64,000 nucleotides of DNA from Desulfatiglandales bacterium. GTDB taxonomy: Bacteria; Desulfobacterota; DSM-4660; Desulfatiglandales; Desulfatiglandaceae. The stretch lies in NCBI GenBank assembly GCA_963666345.1, contig OY762721.1:2816001-2880000 (forward strand). The letters run 5' to 3'. The notes under the pieces were generated by a model. The model searched no databases. It had not been told where the DNA came from and saw only the letters and a program-made list of their open reading frames with translations. Each line of letters starts with the position of its first letter. Position 1 is the stretch's first letter. Of this stretch, positions 1 through 9,422 are shown piece by piece. The translations under genes were made by a program, and so were the position numbers.

Positions 1-2
1 TG

Positions 3-200
3 GATATGGGCAGGCATTTCGCGGCCGGTGTGGGCGAGGATGATCAGATCGAAAGCGGCAAGGTATATTATAAAAGCCTTCAGGTGACATGCCTTGACTG
101 CCATTCCAACAAGTCCAAGTTCTGCGATCAGTGCCACAATTATATGGGTGTCGCGCCCTATTGTTGGGATTGCCATATCGAGCCGAAGGAGAAAGAATAA
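3..200 (+). CDS. dsrJ: DsrJ triheme cytochrome c, C-terminal part (5' end outside the window)
   Basis: Frame is open from the window edge; CLDCH, CDQCH and CWDCH heme-binding motifs; lies directly upstream of dsrO-dsrP. Confidence 0.85.
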   Translation, partial: DMGRHFAAGVGEDDQIESGKVYYKSLQVTCLDCHSNKSKFCDQCHNYMGVAPYCWDCHIEPKEKE

Positions 201-994
201 TGGCCATAGACAGAAGGAAATTTCTGAAAATAGCCGGGCTTTCCACGCTTTTTGGTATGAGTGCGAAAGCGGCTGTTGATATATTCGCCCCAGGGGAAAT
301 TGAAGCCGCATTGCCCCCTCTGACTGAGGGCAAAAGGTGGGCCATGGTAGTTGATATGACAAAGATTAACGATGAGATAATGGAAAGCTGTGTCAAGGCC
401 TGCCATCAGGAACATAATGTCCCCGATTTCGGGGATCCCAAAGTGGAAATCAAGTGGCTCTGGGAAGAGACCTATGAACACACCTTTCCCGGCCAGAAAC
501 ATGATTACATAGGAGAGAAATACAAACACAGGAATTTCCTGCTGATGTGCAATCACTGTTCCAACCCGCCCTGCTGCAGGGTCTGCCCGACGAAATCAAC
601 CTGGCAGAGGGAGGACGGCATAGTAATGATGGACCAGCACCGCTGCATAGGATGCAGGTTCTGTATGGCGGCCTGTCCTTTCGGGGCGAGGAGTTTCAAC
701 TGGGGAGACCCGAGAAAGGCTCCCAAGGAACTCAATGACGGGTTCCCGGTCAATCTGGAGTATCCGACCAGGTCCAAGGGTGTGGTGGAAAAATGTACCT
801 TCTGCGCGGAAAGGCTTGCAAAGGGCCTGCTGCCCGCCTGTGTGGAGGCGGCCAACAAGATTGAGGAGGGATCCCTTGTCTTCGGAGACCTGGAGGATCC
901 CGACTCAGAGGTCAGGGAAGTACTAAGAAATCACTATACAATCAGACGTAAACCTGAACTCGGATCAAACCCGAACGTCTACTATATCGTGTGA
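200..994 (+). CDS. dsrO: DsrO periplasmic Fe-S subunit of the DsrMKJOP complex
   Basis: ATG at 200 overlaps the dsrJ stop; Tat signal DRRKFLK; NrfC-like motifs CNHCSNPPCCRVCP, CIGCRFCMAACP and KCTFC. Confidence 0.9.
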   Translation: MAIDRRKFLKIAGLSTLFGMSAKAAVDIFAPGEIEAALPPLTEGKRWAMVVDMTKINDEIMESCVKACHQEHNVPDFGDPKVEIKWLWEETYEHTFPGQKHDYIGEKYKHRNFLLMCNHCSNPPCCRVCPTKSTWQREDGIVMMDQHRCIGCRFCMAACPFGARSFNWGDPRKAPKELNDGFPVNLEYPTRSKGVVEKCTFCAERLAKGLLPACVEAANKIEEGSLVFGDLEDPDSEVREVLRNHYTIRRKPELGSNPNVYYIV

Positions 995-1001
995 GGTTGT
1001 T

Positions 1002-2159
1002 ATGCTTGACAGGGCTTTAAGCGGCAGTCAGAAATATTGGGGGTGGTTGGCCTTTTTATTCGTCCTTATGGCGGTAGGCTTTTTTTGTTATCTTTATCAG
1101 TTCAAAATGGGCCTCAAAGTCACGGGCATGAGCAGGGACGTATCCTGGGGTTTCTATATCGCCCAGTTCACATACCTGGTCGGTGTTGCGGCCGGTGGGG
1201 TCATGGTCGTGCTTCCCTGCTATATGCATGATTACAAGGCCTTTGGAAGGATTACCATCTTGGGTGAATTCCTTGCCGTGGCCGCTGTTACAATGTGTCT
1301 GCTCTTCATATTCGTAGACCTGGGAAATCCGGTCAGGATTATGAATGTCATCATGTACCCTTCACCCAATTCAATCCTTTTCTGGGACATGATCGTCCTC
1401 AACGGATATCTTTTTCTCAATATTATCATAGGCTGGAACGTGCTGAGCGCTGAAAGAAAAGGGGTGCATTATCAGGGCTGGGTTAAGACCCTGATTTATA
1501 TCTCCATACCTTGGGCCTTCAGTATCCATACGGTAACGGCATTTCTCTACGCGGGACTTCCCGGAAGGCACTACTGGCTGACGGCCATAATGGCCGCCCG
1601 GTTTCTGGCCTCGGCATTCGCCGCCGGTCCGGCGCTGCTTATAATACTCTGTCTGATCGTGCGAAAGCTCACCAAGTTTGATCCGGGAAAGGAACAGATC
1701 AGGACCCTTTCCGGTATCGTGGCCTACGCGTTCATCCTGAATGTCTTTTTTCTGCTTTTGGAGGTTTTTACAGCTTTCTACAGCCAGATTCCGGGTCATA
1801 TGCACTCATTCGTTTATCTGTTCGTGGGTCTTGAGGGTCATGGGAAACTGGTTCCCTGGATGTGGGCTTCCGTGCTGTTCGCGGTGGTGGCACTTATACT
1901 GCTGATCGTACCTGGCACCAGAAGAAAGCTGGATACCCTGCTTATCGGGTGCATAGCGGTATTCCTTTCAACATTGATAGACAAGGGGCTGGGGCTTGTC
2001 GTAGGCGGTTTTGTCCCCAATCCATTTGACAGGGTATTTGAATACTGGCCAACCGCAATTGAGCTCTTAATCGCTCTGGGCGTGTGGGCGACAGGTTTCT
2101 TTGTGCTAACCATCCTCTATAAGATAGCGGTTTCGGTTAAAGAAGAGGTGGGTGCGTAG
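1002..2159 (+). CDS. dsrP: DsrP, NrfD/PsrC-family membrane protein
   Basis: Polytopic hydrophobic protein with TGMSRDVSWGFYIAQF and DLGNP motifs; follows dsrO. Confidence 0.9.
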   Translation: MLDRALSGSQKYWGWLAFLFVLMAVGFFCYLYQFKMGLKVTGMSRDVSWGFYIAQFTYLVGVAAGGVMVVLPCYMHDYKAFGRITILGEFLAVAAVTMCLLFIFVDLGNPVRIMNVIMYPSPNSILFWDMIVLNGYLFLNIIIGWNVLSAERKGVHYQGWVKTLIYISIPWAFSIHTVTAFLYAGLPGRHYWLTAIMAARFLASAFAAGPALLIILCLIVRKLTKFDPGKEQIRTLSGIVAYAFILNVFFLLLEVFTAFYSQIPGHMHSFVYLFVGLEGHGKLVPWMWASVLFAVVALILLIVPGTRRKLDTLLIGCIAVFLSTLIDKGLGLVVGGFVPNPFDRVFEYWPTAIELLIALGVWATGFFVLTILYKIAVSVKEEVGA

Positions 2160-2381
2160 AGTTAACGGATGAAATTGCCTATTTTTCATGTTTTACAGGC
2201 CTTTGCGTTTAAGATAAAAATGCTTGACAGGGCTATTCAGGCTCTGCTAAATATCGCGCTGCCCGGCTTTTTAAATACAGAAGCCGATTGCCCGCGATAT
2301 GTAGTTAAAATATGATTCAGTTATCTGGGTCTTATAGATGGGTGGTAAAAAATATATCTATAAATGAGGAGGGTCATACAA

Positions 2382-2570
2382 ATGGGTTACGAAGTAGTCG
2401 TTGATCATGACAAATGTGAAGGATGTGAAGAATGCGTAGAGGTTTGCCCTGTAGACGTCTATGAAATGCAAGATGGAAAGTCAGTACCTGTAAATGCTGA
2501 AGAGTGCCTGGGATGTGAAAGCTGCATAGAGGTATGTGACGCAGAGGCAATTACCGTTACAGAGGTCTAG
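2382..2570 (+). CDS. 2x[4Fe-4S] ferredoxin
   Basis: CEGCEECVEVCP and CLGCESCIEVC motifs; GAGGAGG ribosome-binding site before ATG 2382. Confidence 0.9.
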   Translation: MGYEVVVDHDKCEGCEECVEVCPVDVYEMQDGKSVPVNAEECLGCESCIEVCDAEAITVTEV

Positions 2571-2592
2571 ACACGTATCGCTCATTATAACG

Positions 2593-2633
2593 CAAAAAAG
2601 CGCCTTCTTTTAAAAGTGAAGGCGCTTTTTTTG
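2593..2633. terminator. Bidirectional intrinsic terminator
   Basis: AAAAAAGCGCCTTC...GAAGGCGCTTTTTTT inverted repeat with A/T tracts on both sides, between convergent genes. Confidence 0.85.
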
Positions 2634-2667
2634 TACCTTAATTTAAACTGGCAAAATTCTGGAAGTC

Positions 2668-3084
2668 CTATTTCTTGTTTCTCTTGTGACAGAAGTTGCA
2701 GGAGCCCATCTTTTTGTCCATTTTTCCCGCCTTTACCAGATCGCGGTGGCATTTCCTGCAATTGTCATGGTATGCATCCTCAAGACCGCCTTTTTTCAGT
2801 TCCGCCTTGTGGCATTCGTTGCATTTTTTGACCTGATCACACTCCTTCCAGATATTTTTGCCATCCTTGTATTCGTGGTGGCATTCGGTGCATCCGATCT
2901 TGTATTCTTCGCTGTGTTTCTTGTGATGAAAATCGGCAGGCCCGAACTTGTCATTCTCGTATCCGGGGTTTTCTATCACAATCTCTTCAGGCACCTCGGC
3001 TGCTGTAAGGGCTCCAACCGTCAGAAACATGACACAGGCAAAAGATGCCGCGGCTAAGGTTATAAACTTTTTCCTGATAGGCAT
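2668..3084 (-). CDS. Tetraheme cytochrome c3 (class III)
   Basis: Signal peptide, FHHKKH motif and four CxxCH motifs (CTECH, CNECH, CRKCH, CNFCH). Confidence 0.9.
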   Translation of the reverse strand: MPIRKKFITLAAASFACVMFLTVGALTAAEVPEEIVIENPGYENDKFGPADFHHKKHSEEYKIGCTECHHEYKDGKNIWKECDQVKKCNECHKAELKKGGLEDAYHDNCRKCHRDLVKAGKMDKKMGSCNFCHKRNKK

Positions 3085-3219
3085 TTCCGTCCTCCTTTCG
3101 AATAAAATTCAGCAAAAATCAAATTATAGCAAAAAAGGTCATTTTTTACGGATACCAGCATAAACTATAGAAAAAACGGGCTTCCAAAGTCAAGGGAATT
3201 GAAATGGTTTTTCCGATTA

Positions 3220-6200
3220 TCATGCCTGGTTTATCATCGACATTATCTGGCATTGGTCGAATCCCTTGAGTCTGACCGCCCCTGATCTGCATGAGGACAC
3301 ACAAAGGCCGCACCCCTTGCATAGTACCGGGTTTATTTCAGCGGTGCCCTCAAGATGGCCGTTTTCTATCAAGGCGGGGGCGGAATAAGGGCATATGTCA
3401 GCGCATACCCCGCAACCGCTGCATCTAACAGCGTCAACTTCAGCCACGATTCCGCTGGCCATGATGCTGTCCTTGGCGAGCAGTGAGCCCGCCCGGGAGG
3501 CGGCTGAGAGTGCATGAGCCACAGATTCGTCTATTGATTTGGGATAGTGGCACATGCCGCAGAGAAACACCCCGTCTGTGGCGCATTCGGAAGGTCCAAG
3601 CTTCGCGTGTCGTTCAATGAAAAATCCGTCTTCATTTAAGGGGGCCTTGAAGAATCTTGCGATTTTCTCGTTACCCCTAGGGGCAATCGCCGATGCCAGG
3701 CAGAGAATATCCGCATCCAGGGAGATGCCCTCCTTTAGTATTTGATCAAAAAATTCGATACGAAGGGAGTCAGGCCCTTTAAATACACGTGGTTTAGCGG
3801 CCAGGGTATAGGGTATGAAAATTATTCCCTTGAGCCTTGCCTCTCTGTATAGATATTCCCGTTCTCCATATGTCCTTATATCCCTGAAAAAAATAAAGAT
3901 ATCCATGTCAGGATTAATCTCCTTGAGTTTGAGTGCCGTCTTGATGGAATGCGTACAACAAACCCTGGAGCAATAAGGCCTTGCAGGTTCGCGGGAACCC
4001 ACGCACTGAATAAAGGCCATGGTCTTCAGATTACCGATGGTGCTGTCTTGACTGATTATCATCCGGTCGAACTCGAGATGTGTCATTACCCGGTGGTCTT
4101 CGCCGTAAAGGTACTCGGAGGGTCGGGTCTCCTCGGCTCCGGTTGCCAGAATAGCTACGCCGTGATCTATGGTTTCCAACCCCCCCTTTTTTTCAAGGGT
4201 GGTGGTAAAATTACCTACAAACCCCTCGACCTTCGAGATAGTTGATTCCAGATGGATGCGTATGTTTCTGTCCGACTCTACTTGAGATATCATACCTTCC
4301 AGCCCCTGCCTGATATCTTCTCCCTGCCATGTGGTCAAAAGGCCCCTGGCCTGTCCTCCCAGTTGCGGCAGCCTTTCCACAATATTAACACTGTAACCCT
4401 GGGAGGATAGATTCCTGGCCGCGGCCATGCCAGCCACTCCACCTCCTACTATAAGGACGTCCTTGTTTATCCGTATCTTCGTCTCCTCAAGGGGCTCCAG
4501 AAGCGCAACCTTTGAAACGGCCATTCTAACGAGGTCCTTGGCCTTTTCAGTCGCAGCCTCAGGGTCATCCCGGTGGACCCATGAATCCTGATTGCGTATG
4601 TTTGCCATTTCAAATAGATAACGGTTGAGGCCCGCTTCAATAAGGGTATCCTGAAACAGGGCCTCGTGGGTCTTTGGAGTGCACGCTGCAACAACGATGC
4701 GGTTGAGGGCATTTTCACTTATCTCCCGGGCCATCGTCTCCTGAGTATCCTGAGAGCAGGTATAGAGGTTGTCTGTTACATATTCCACAAAAGGGAGTGC
4801 CTTTGCATATTCCCTGACCTTCGGGACATCTACCACCCCTCCGATATTTATGCCGCATTGACAGACAAATACCCCGATTCGAGGCCGTTGTCCCCCGACC
4901 TGCCTCTCTACGGGGGGCCTTTTTCCCCTTGTGAGGGTCCCTCTGGCCTCCATAAGCAGGGCGCTTGCCTCTGCTGCTGCGGATCCGGCCTCTATTACGG
5001 ACTGCGGTATATCCTTGGGACCACAAAAGGTCCCGCAGGCATATATGCCGTCGGCAGATGTCGAAACCGGATGAAATGCCCCGGTTTTACAGAATTTACC
5101 CTCTGTCAGATCGATATCCAGCCTTTTTGCGAGATCCAAGGTTTCAGAAGATGTCTCAAGCCCTACCGATAGTATGACCATGTCGAAATCTTCCTGTGCG
5201 GCCCTTTCATCTTCACCGGTATAGGAGACAGTGATCTGCCGGCTTTTGTCCAGAACCTCCACGGCCGGAGCCCTTGAGCGGATGAAACGGATTTTGTGCC
5301 TTTCCCTGGCCTCCTCGTAATATTTCTCGAAATCCTTTCCATGGGTTCTCATATCCATGAAAAAAATAGTGCATTCAAGATGTTTCCCCGCATGCTCCCT
5401 GGCGATGACGGCCTGCTTCATCGCGTACATGCAGCAGACGGATGAGCAGAATCCATTGGCTAAGGCATGAGAGTCCCTTGAACCTACGCACTGTATCCAT
5501 GCTATCTTATCCGGTTCTTTACTGTCGGAAGGTCTTATAAGATGCCCCATCGTAGGGCCTGAGGCGGACAGTATCCTCTCAAATTCCAGGGATGTCATTA
5601 TATCCCGACTCTTACCATAGCTGTAGGCGCTCAATTTTAGAGGATCAAACACGTCTGATCCGGGCGCAAGTATAAGCGCGCCGACATCAAGCTCTATGGA
5701 CCGGGGAAGTTGTGAATGCGTTTCAAGGGTTACCGCCCCAGCCTTGCAAGCCTCGACACATTGAAAACATTCCGAGCAGATTCCGCAGGAGATACATCTT
5801 TCAGCCTCGGCATGAGCCTGCTCCTCTGATAGGCCCAACTGAACTTCCTTGAAATTTTCCACCCTTTCAAAAGGGTCAAGCCTCGGCATGGCGACCCTTT
5901 TTTTAATCCTGTGGACATCAAGATCTATATCTTTAGCCGGGTCCCACAATTTATCACGGCCCTCAAACAGGTTTTGTCCATGTATATACCTGTCAATCGA
6001 TATGGCTGCCTGTTTTCCCGCCTCAATAGCCTCTACGACGGTCGCGGGACCCGTAACCGCGTCTCCTCCCGCAAAGATGTCGGGATCATCGCTTTGAAGC
6101 GTGATCTTATCTACTTTCAAGGTCCCCCATTCGGTGAGATTGCAGGCGCACTCTGGTCCGAGACAGGACCAATCCGCTTCCTGCCCTATCGCCTGTATTA

Positions 6201-7656
6201 CGCTGTCCACCTCAATAGTAAATTCCGAGCCCTCAACAGGAACGGGGCGCCTTCGCCCGCTTGAATCAGGTTCACCCAATTCCATCTTTACGCATTTGAC
6301 GGCCTTTACTCTCCCTGCTTCTCCAATAAAGCGGACCGGATTTGTAAGGGTGTGAATCTCTATACCTTCTTCATTGCATTCTTCGATTTCCTCCTGGTTC
6401 GCCGGCATTTCTTCAAGGCCTCTGCGATATATTATGAAGGCATTTCCGGATCCCGTCCTTCGAGCGGAACGAACAGCGTCCATTGCAACATTGCCTCCTC
6501 CCACGACTGCGACCCTGTCGCCCAGAAAGGGCTTTTCCCCCAGATTGATATGTCTAAGGAATTCCACTCCGGAGAAGACACCTTTCAGGTCCTCCCCCTC
6601 GATATTGAGGTTTTTGCATGCCTGAGAGCCGATACCGAGAAAGATGGCCTCATAGCCTTTATCACGAAGCCTCCGGATAGACAGGTCCTTTCCCACATCC
6701 ACTCCTGTTTCAATCTTTACGCCCATATTCGTGATAATCCGGATCTCGGCGTCTATGATGTTTCTGGGGAGGCGGTAGTCAGGAATGCCGAATGTGAGCA
6801 TGCCTCCGGGGATCGGGAGTTTTTCAAATATGGTCGTCTCATATCCCCTTTTTTTGAGAAAGTAGGCACACGACAGCCCCGCAGGTCCGCTTCCTATTAT
6901 GGCGACCCTGTGTCCATTCGGCTCTGAAACATCAGGCAGATAAATCTGCGCCGAGTTAAGATCCAGGTCGGCCACATAGCGTTTTAGAAAATTGATGGCC
7001 ACTGGTTGATCCAGTTTTCCCCGAGTGCAAACAGATTCGCACGGATGATGGCATACCCTCCCGCACACTGCGGGAAGAGGGTTTTCCTCCTTTATCAATC
7101 TCAGCGCGTCCATGAATCTTCCCTGAGCAATAAGGGCGATATAGCCTTGAACACTTATATGCGCCGGGCATGCGGCCCTGCATGGGGCGGTGCCGCTTTT
7201 GGAAATCGCAAAGGAACTCGGGATTGCCTGGGCGTATCTCTTATAGACCGCCTTTCTCTTTGTCATTCCCAGTTCGTATTCAGAGGGAAGAGAAACAGGA
7301 CATACCTCAATGCAATCGCCGCAGGAGGTGCACTTTGCCGGGTCTATGAACCTGGGATGCTGAGTCAGACTAACGTGAAAATTTCCTTTTTCACCCTCGA
7401 CCCTTTCCAGGCGGGCGGATGTGATCAGATTTATGTTCATGTGCCGGCCGACCTCGACCAGTTTGGGTGAAATAATTCACATTGCACAATCATTGGTAGG
7501 AAATGTCTTGTCAAGTTCGCTCATTACCCCGCCGATAGCCGAATCCCTCTCAATCAGATGGACATAATAGCCTGATTCAGCCAGATCAAGGGCTGCCTGC
7601 ATTCCGGCAATTCCTCCTCCAACGACCAGTATCGATCCATTCACTTTCTGTTTCAT
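3220..7656 (-). CDS. hdrA: HdrA/HdrL-type multidomain flavoprotein, predicted selenoprotein (about 1478 aa, in-frame UGA at codon 60)
   Basis: True start is ATG at 7656 (RBS AGAGGAG), reading MKQKVNGSILVVGGGIAGMQAALDLA...LDKTFPTNDCAM-UGA-IISPKLVEVGRH in frame into the 1406-aa ORF; two IQCVGSR/CSxVCC HdrA modules and an inserted GltD-like NAD(P)H/FAD domain. Confidence 0.88.
7444..7461 (-). promoter_or_regulatory. Putative bacterial SECIS hairpin
   Basis: Starts 15 nt 3' of the UGA (7477-7479): CUGGUCG-AGGU-CGGCCGG, a 7-bp stem with a G-containing tetraloop. Confidence 0.7.
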
Positions 7657-7866
7657 CTGGATTCTCCTCTGAAATAAGTGGCTTCACCTTGAGCAGGCCG
7701 CTAGTGTGATTGCGGTGCTTTGCTGTAAACCCACTCTTGATCCGATCCCGGGACGAACTCCGGTGCTTCATTATATGAAGGTGTTTCTGGAATCTTCACC
7801 GGCCGCTCATCTGCACCTTGGTCGAGCGGTAGCGGTTTATGCAAACACCGGGCACCCTGTTTTCTA

Positions 7867-7910
7867 TTGATTAGTGGCTATATTATAATTATAATATAGT
7901 TATTGGGCAA
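7867..7910. promoter_or_regulatory. Overlapping divergent sigma70-type promoters around a 22-bp perfect palindrome
   Basis: Plus strand TTGATT(7867)-17 bp-TATAAT(7890); minus strand TTGCCC(7910)-17 bp-TATAAT(7887); palindrome CTATATTATAATTATAATATAG at 7878-7899. Confidence 0.6.
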
Positions 7911-7937
7911 TGATTTTATATTAAAATGAGGGGCCTA

Positions 7938-8420
7938 ATGGGCGAAGCAGCGCACAGAAAGATAGATACTCAGTTTATAAAGGAGCTTGCCGAGCTTCCT
8001 GGCGGTAATAAGATCAGGGCCTGCTTTACCTGTCGCACCTGCACGGCCAGCTGTCCCGTAAACGAGGTGAACGAGGCTTTCAATCCTCTTAGGATAATAC
8101 GAAAGACACTCTACGGTTTTAAAAAAGAGGTGCTTTCAGAGGGTTTTATCTGGTTATGTACAAGCTGCTACGCTTGCCAGGAGCGGTGCCCTCAGGGTGT
8201 GAATATCGCCGATTTTATGACCCTGCTAAAGAACATGGCGGTTGAAGAAGGTTTTATGCCTCAGGGAATCAGGGCGCAGAGGGATCTTGTCAAGGGGCAA
8301 GGCAGGATATATCCTATTGATGATTTTGATAACAAAAAGAGGGTAAAGGCGGAGTTGCCCGAGCTTCCGACAGGCTGCGGCGCGGTTAAGAAACTTTTTC
8401 CCCATGAGACGGGGAATTAG
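7938..8420 (+). CDS. hdrC: Heterodisulfide reductase subunit C
   Basis: CFTCRTCTASCP and WLCTSCYACQERCP motifs; upstream of hdrB; start may instead be 7926. Confidence 0.9.
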   Translation: MGEAAHRKIDTQFIKELAELPGGNKIRACFTCRTCTASCPVNEVNEAFNPLRIIRKTLYGFKKEVLSEGFIWLCTSCYACQERCPQGVNIADFMTLLKNMAVEEGFMPQGIRAQRDLVKGQGRIYPIDDFDNKKRVKAELPELPTGCGAVKKLFPHETGN

Positions 8421-8500
8421 TATTTAGAAGGGGTATGAGCGGCCTCTTCGTTGACAAACTATCCGGAACATGATTTTCAGATCGGGGTTGAATCAGATAA

Positions 8501-9376
8501 ATGGAGTATGCCTTTTTTCTGGGATGTACCATCCCTGCAAGAGCAAGAAACTATGAGATGTCCGCCAGGAGGATATGTGACCTCCTTGGTATCAGACTCG
8601 TTAACATAAAGGAATTCATGTGCTGCGGTTTCCCTATAAGGGCCAGTGACATGGCCGCCTCTGAAGTCATGGCGGCGTACAATATGTGCCTTGCCCAGGA
8701 TATGAATCTGGAGATACTGACGTTATGCAGCTCTTGCGCCTCGGCTTTAACCGAAGCAGGGCAAAGAATTGAAAATGACCCTGTCTTAAGACGAAAGGTC
8801 AATGAACATCTTGGAGGGGCCGGCCTTAAATACAGGGGAGGAGCCAAGGTCAGGCATCTAGCAAGGGTACTGTATGAGAATTTTGATGAAAATGCTATTC
8901 GTAAATACCTGAAAAGAGATCTGGGTGACCTGAAGATCGCAGTTCACTATGGCTGTCACTATCTAAAACCATCAGAAATTTATGAGGGTTTTGATGATGT
9001 GGAGGATCCTGTTTCAATAGAAAGACTAGTTGAATATACCGGTGCGCAAGTTGTAGACTATAAAAACAAAAAGAAGTGCTGCGGCGGCCCGGTACTCCCA
9101 GTTGATGAAGAAGTCGCCCTTTCAGTGGCAAAGGAAAAACTGGACAATGTCAAAGATGCGGGGGCAGACGCTCTTTGCCTCGTGTGCCCCTTCTGTTCGG
9201 TAATGTACGATGGAAATCAGAAAGGAATAGAGGCCGGCAGCGGCGAAAGCTATAACATTCCGGTACTCTATCTTACCCAGGTATTGGGCATTGCAATGGG
9301 TTTTGACAGGAAGGAGCTCGGCCTCAACATGAACGTTGTGAAGACAAAGAAACTCCTTTGCAGATATTTCGATTGA
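8501..9376 (+). CDS. hdrB: Heterodisulfide reductase subunit B
   Basis: Two CCG domains (FLGC...CCG...CSSC; HYGCH...CCG...CPFC). Confidence 0.9.
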   Translation: MEYAFFLGCTIPARARNYEMSARRICDLLGIRLVNIKEFMCCGFPIRASDMAASEVMAAYNMCLAQDMNLEILTLCSSCASALTEAGQRIENDPVLRRKVNEHLGGAGLKYRGGAKVRHLARVLYENFDENAIRKYLKRDLGDLKIAVHYGCHYLKPSEIYEGFDDVEDPVSIERLVEYTGAQVVDYKNKKKCCGGPVLPVDEEVALSVAKEKLDNVKDAGADALCLVCPFCSVMYDGNQKGIEAGSGESYNIPVLYLTQVLGIAMGFDRKELGLNMNVVKTKKLLCRYFD

Positions 9377-9422
9377 TTCCAATTTTGAGGAGGGCCGATC
9401 GTTTTGCAATCGGAAAGATTTA

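Noticed and set aside
131..199. Longer N-terminus for dsrO given by the ORF track
   Set aside because: It overlaps dsrJ; the Tat signal begins at the ATG at 200, which is coupled to the dsrJ stop codon.
2220..2234. 15-bp repeat ATGCTTGACAGGGCT shared with the dsrP start (1002-1016)
   Set aside because: A single short match that includes the common TTGACA -35 element; most likely coincidental.
7477..7479. hdrA as a pseudogene with a premature stop
   Set aside because: The TGA aligns with a conserved Cys, is followed by a SECIS-like hairpin, and the rest of the 4.4-kb frame is intact, so selenocysteine is the better explanation.
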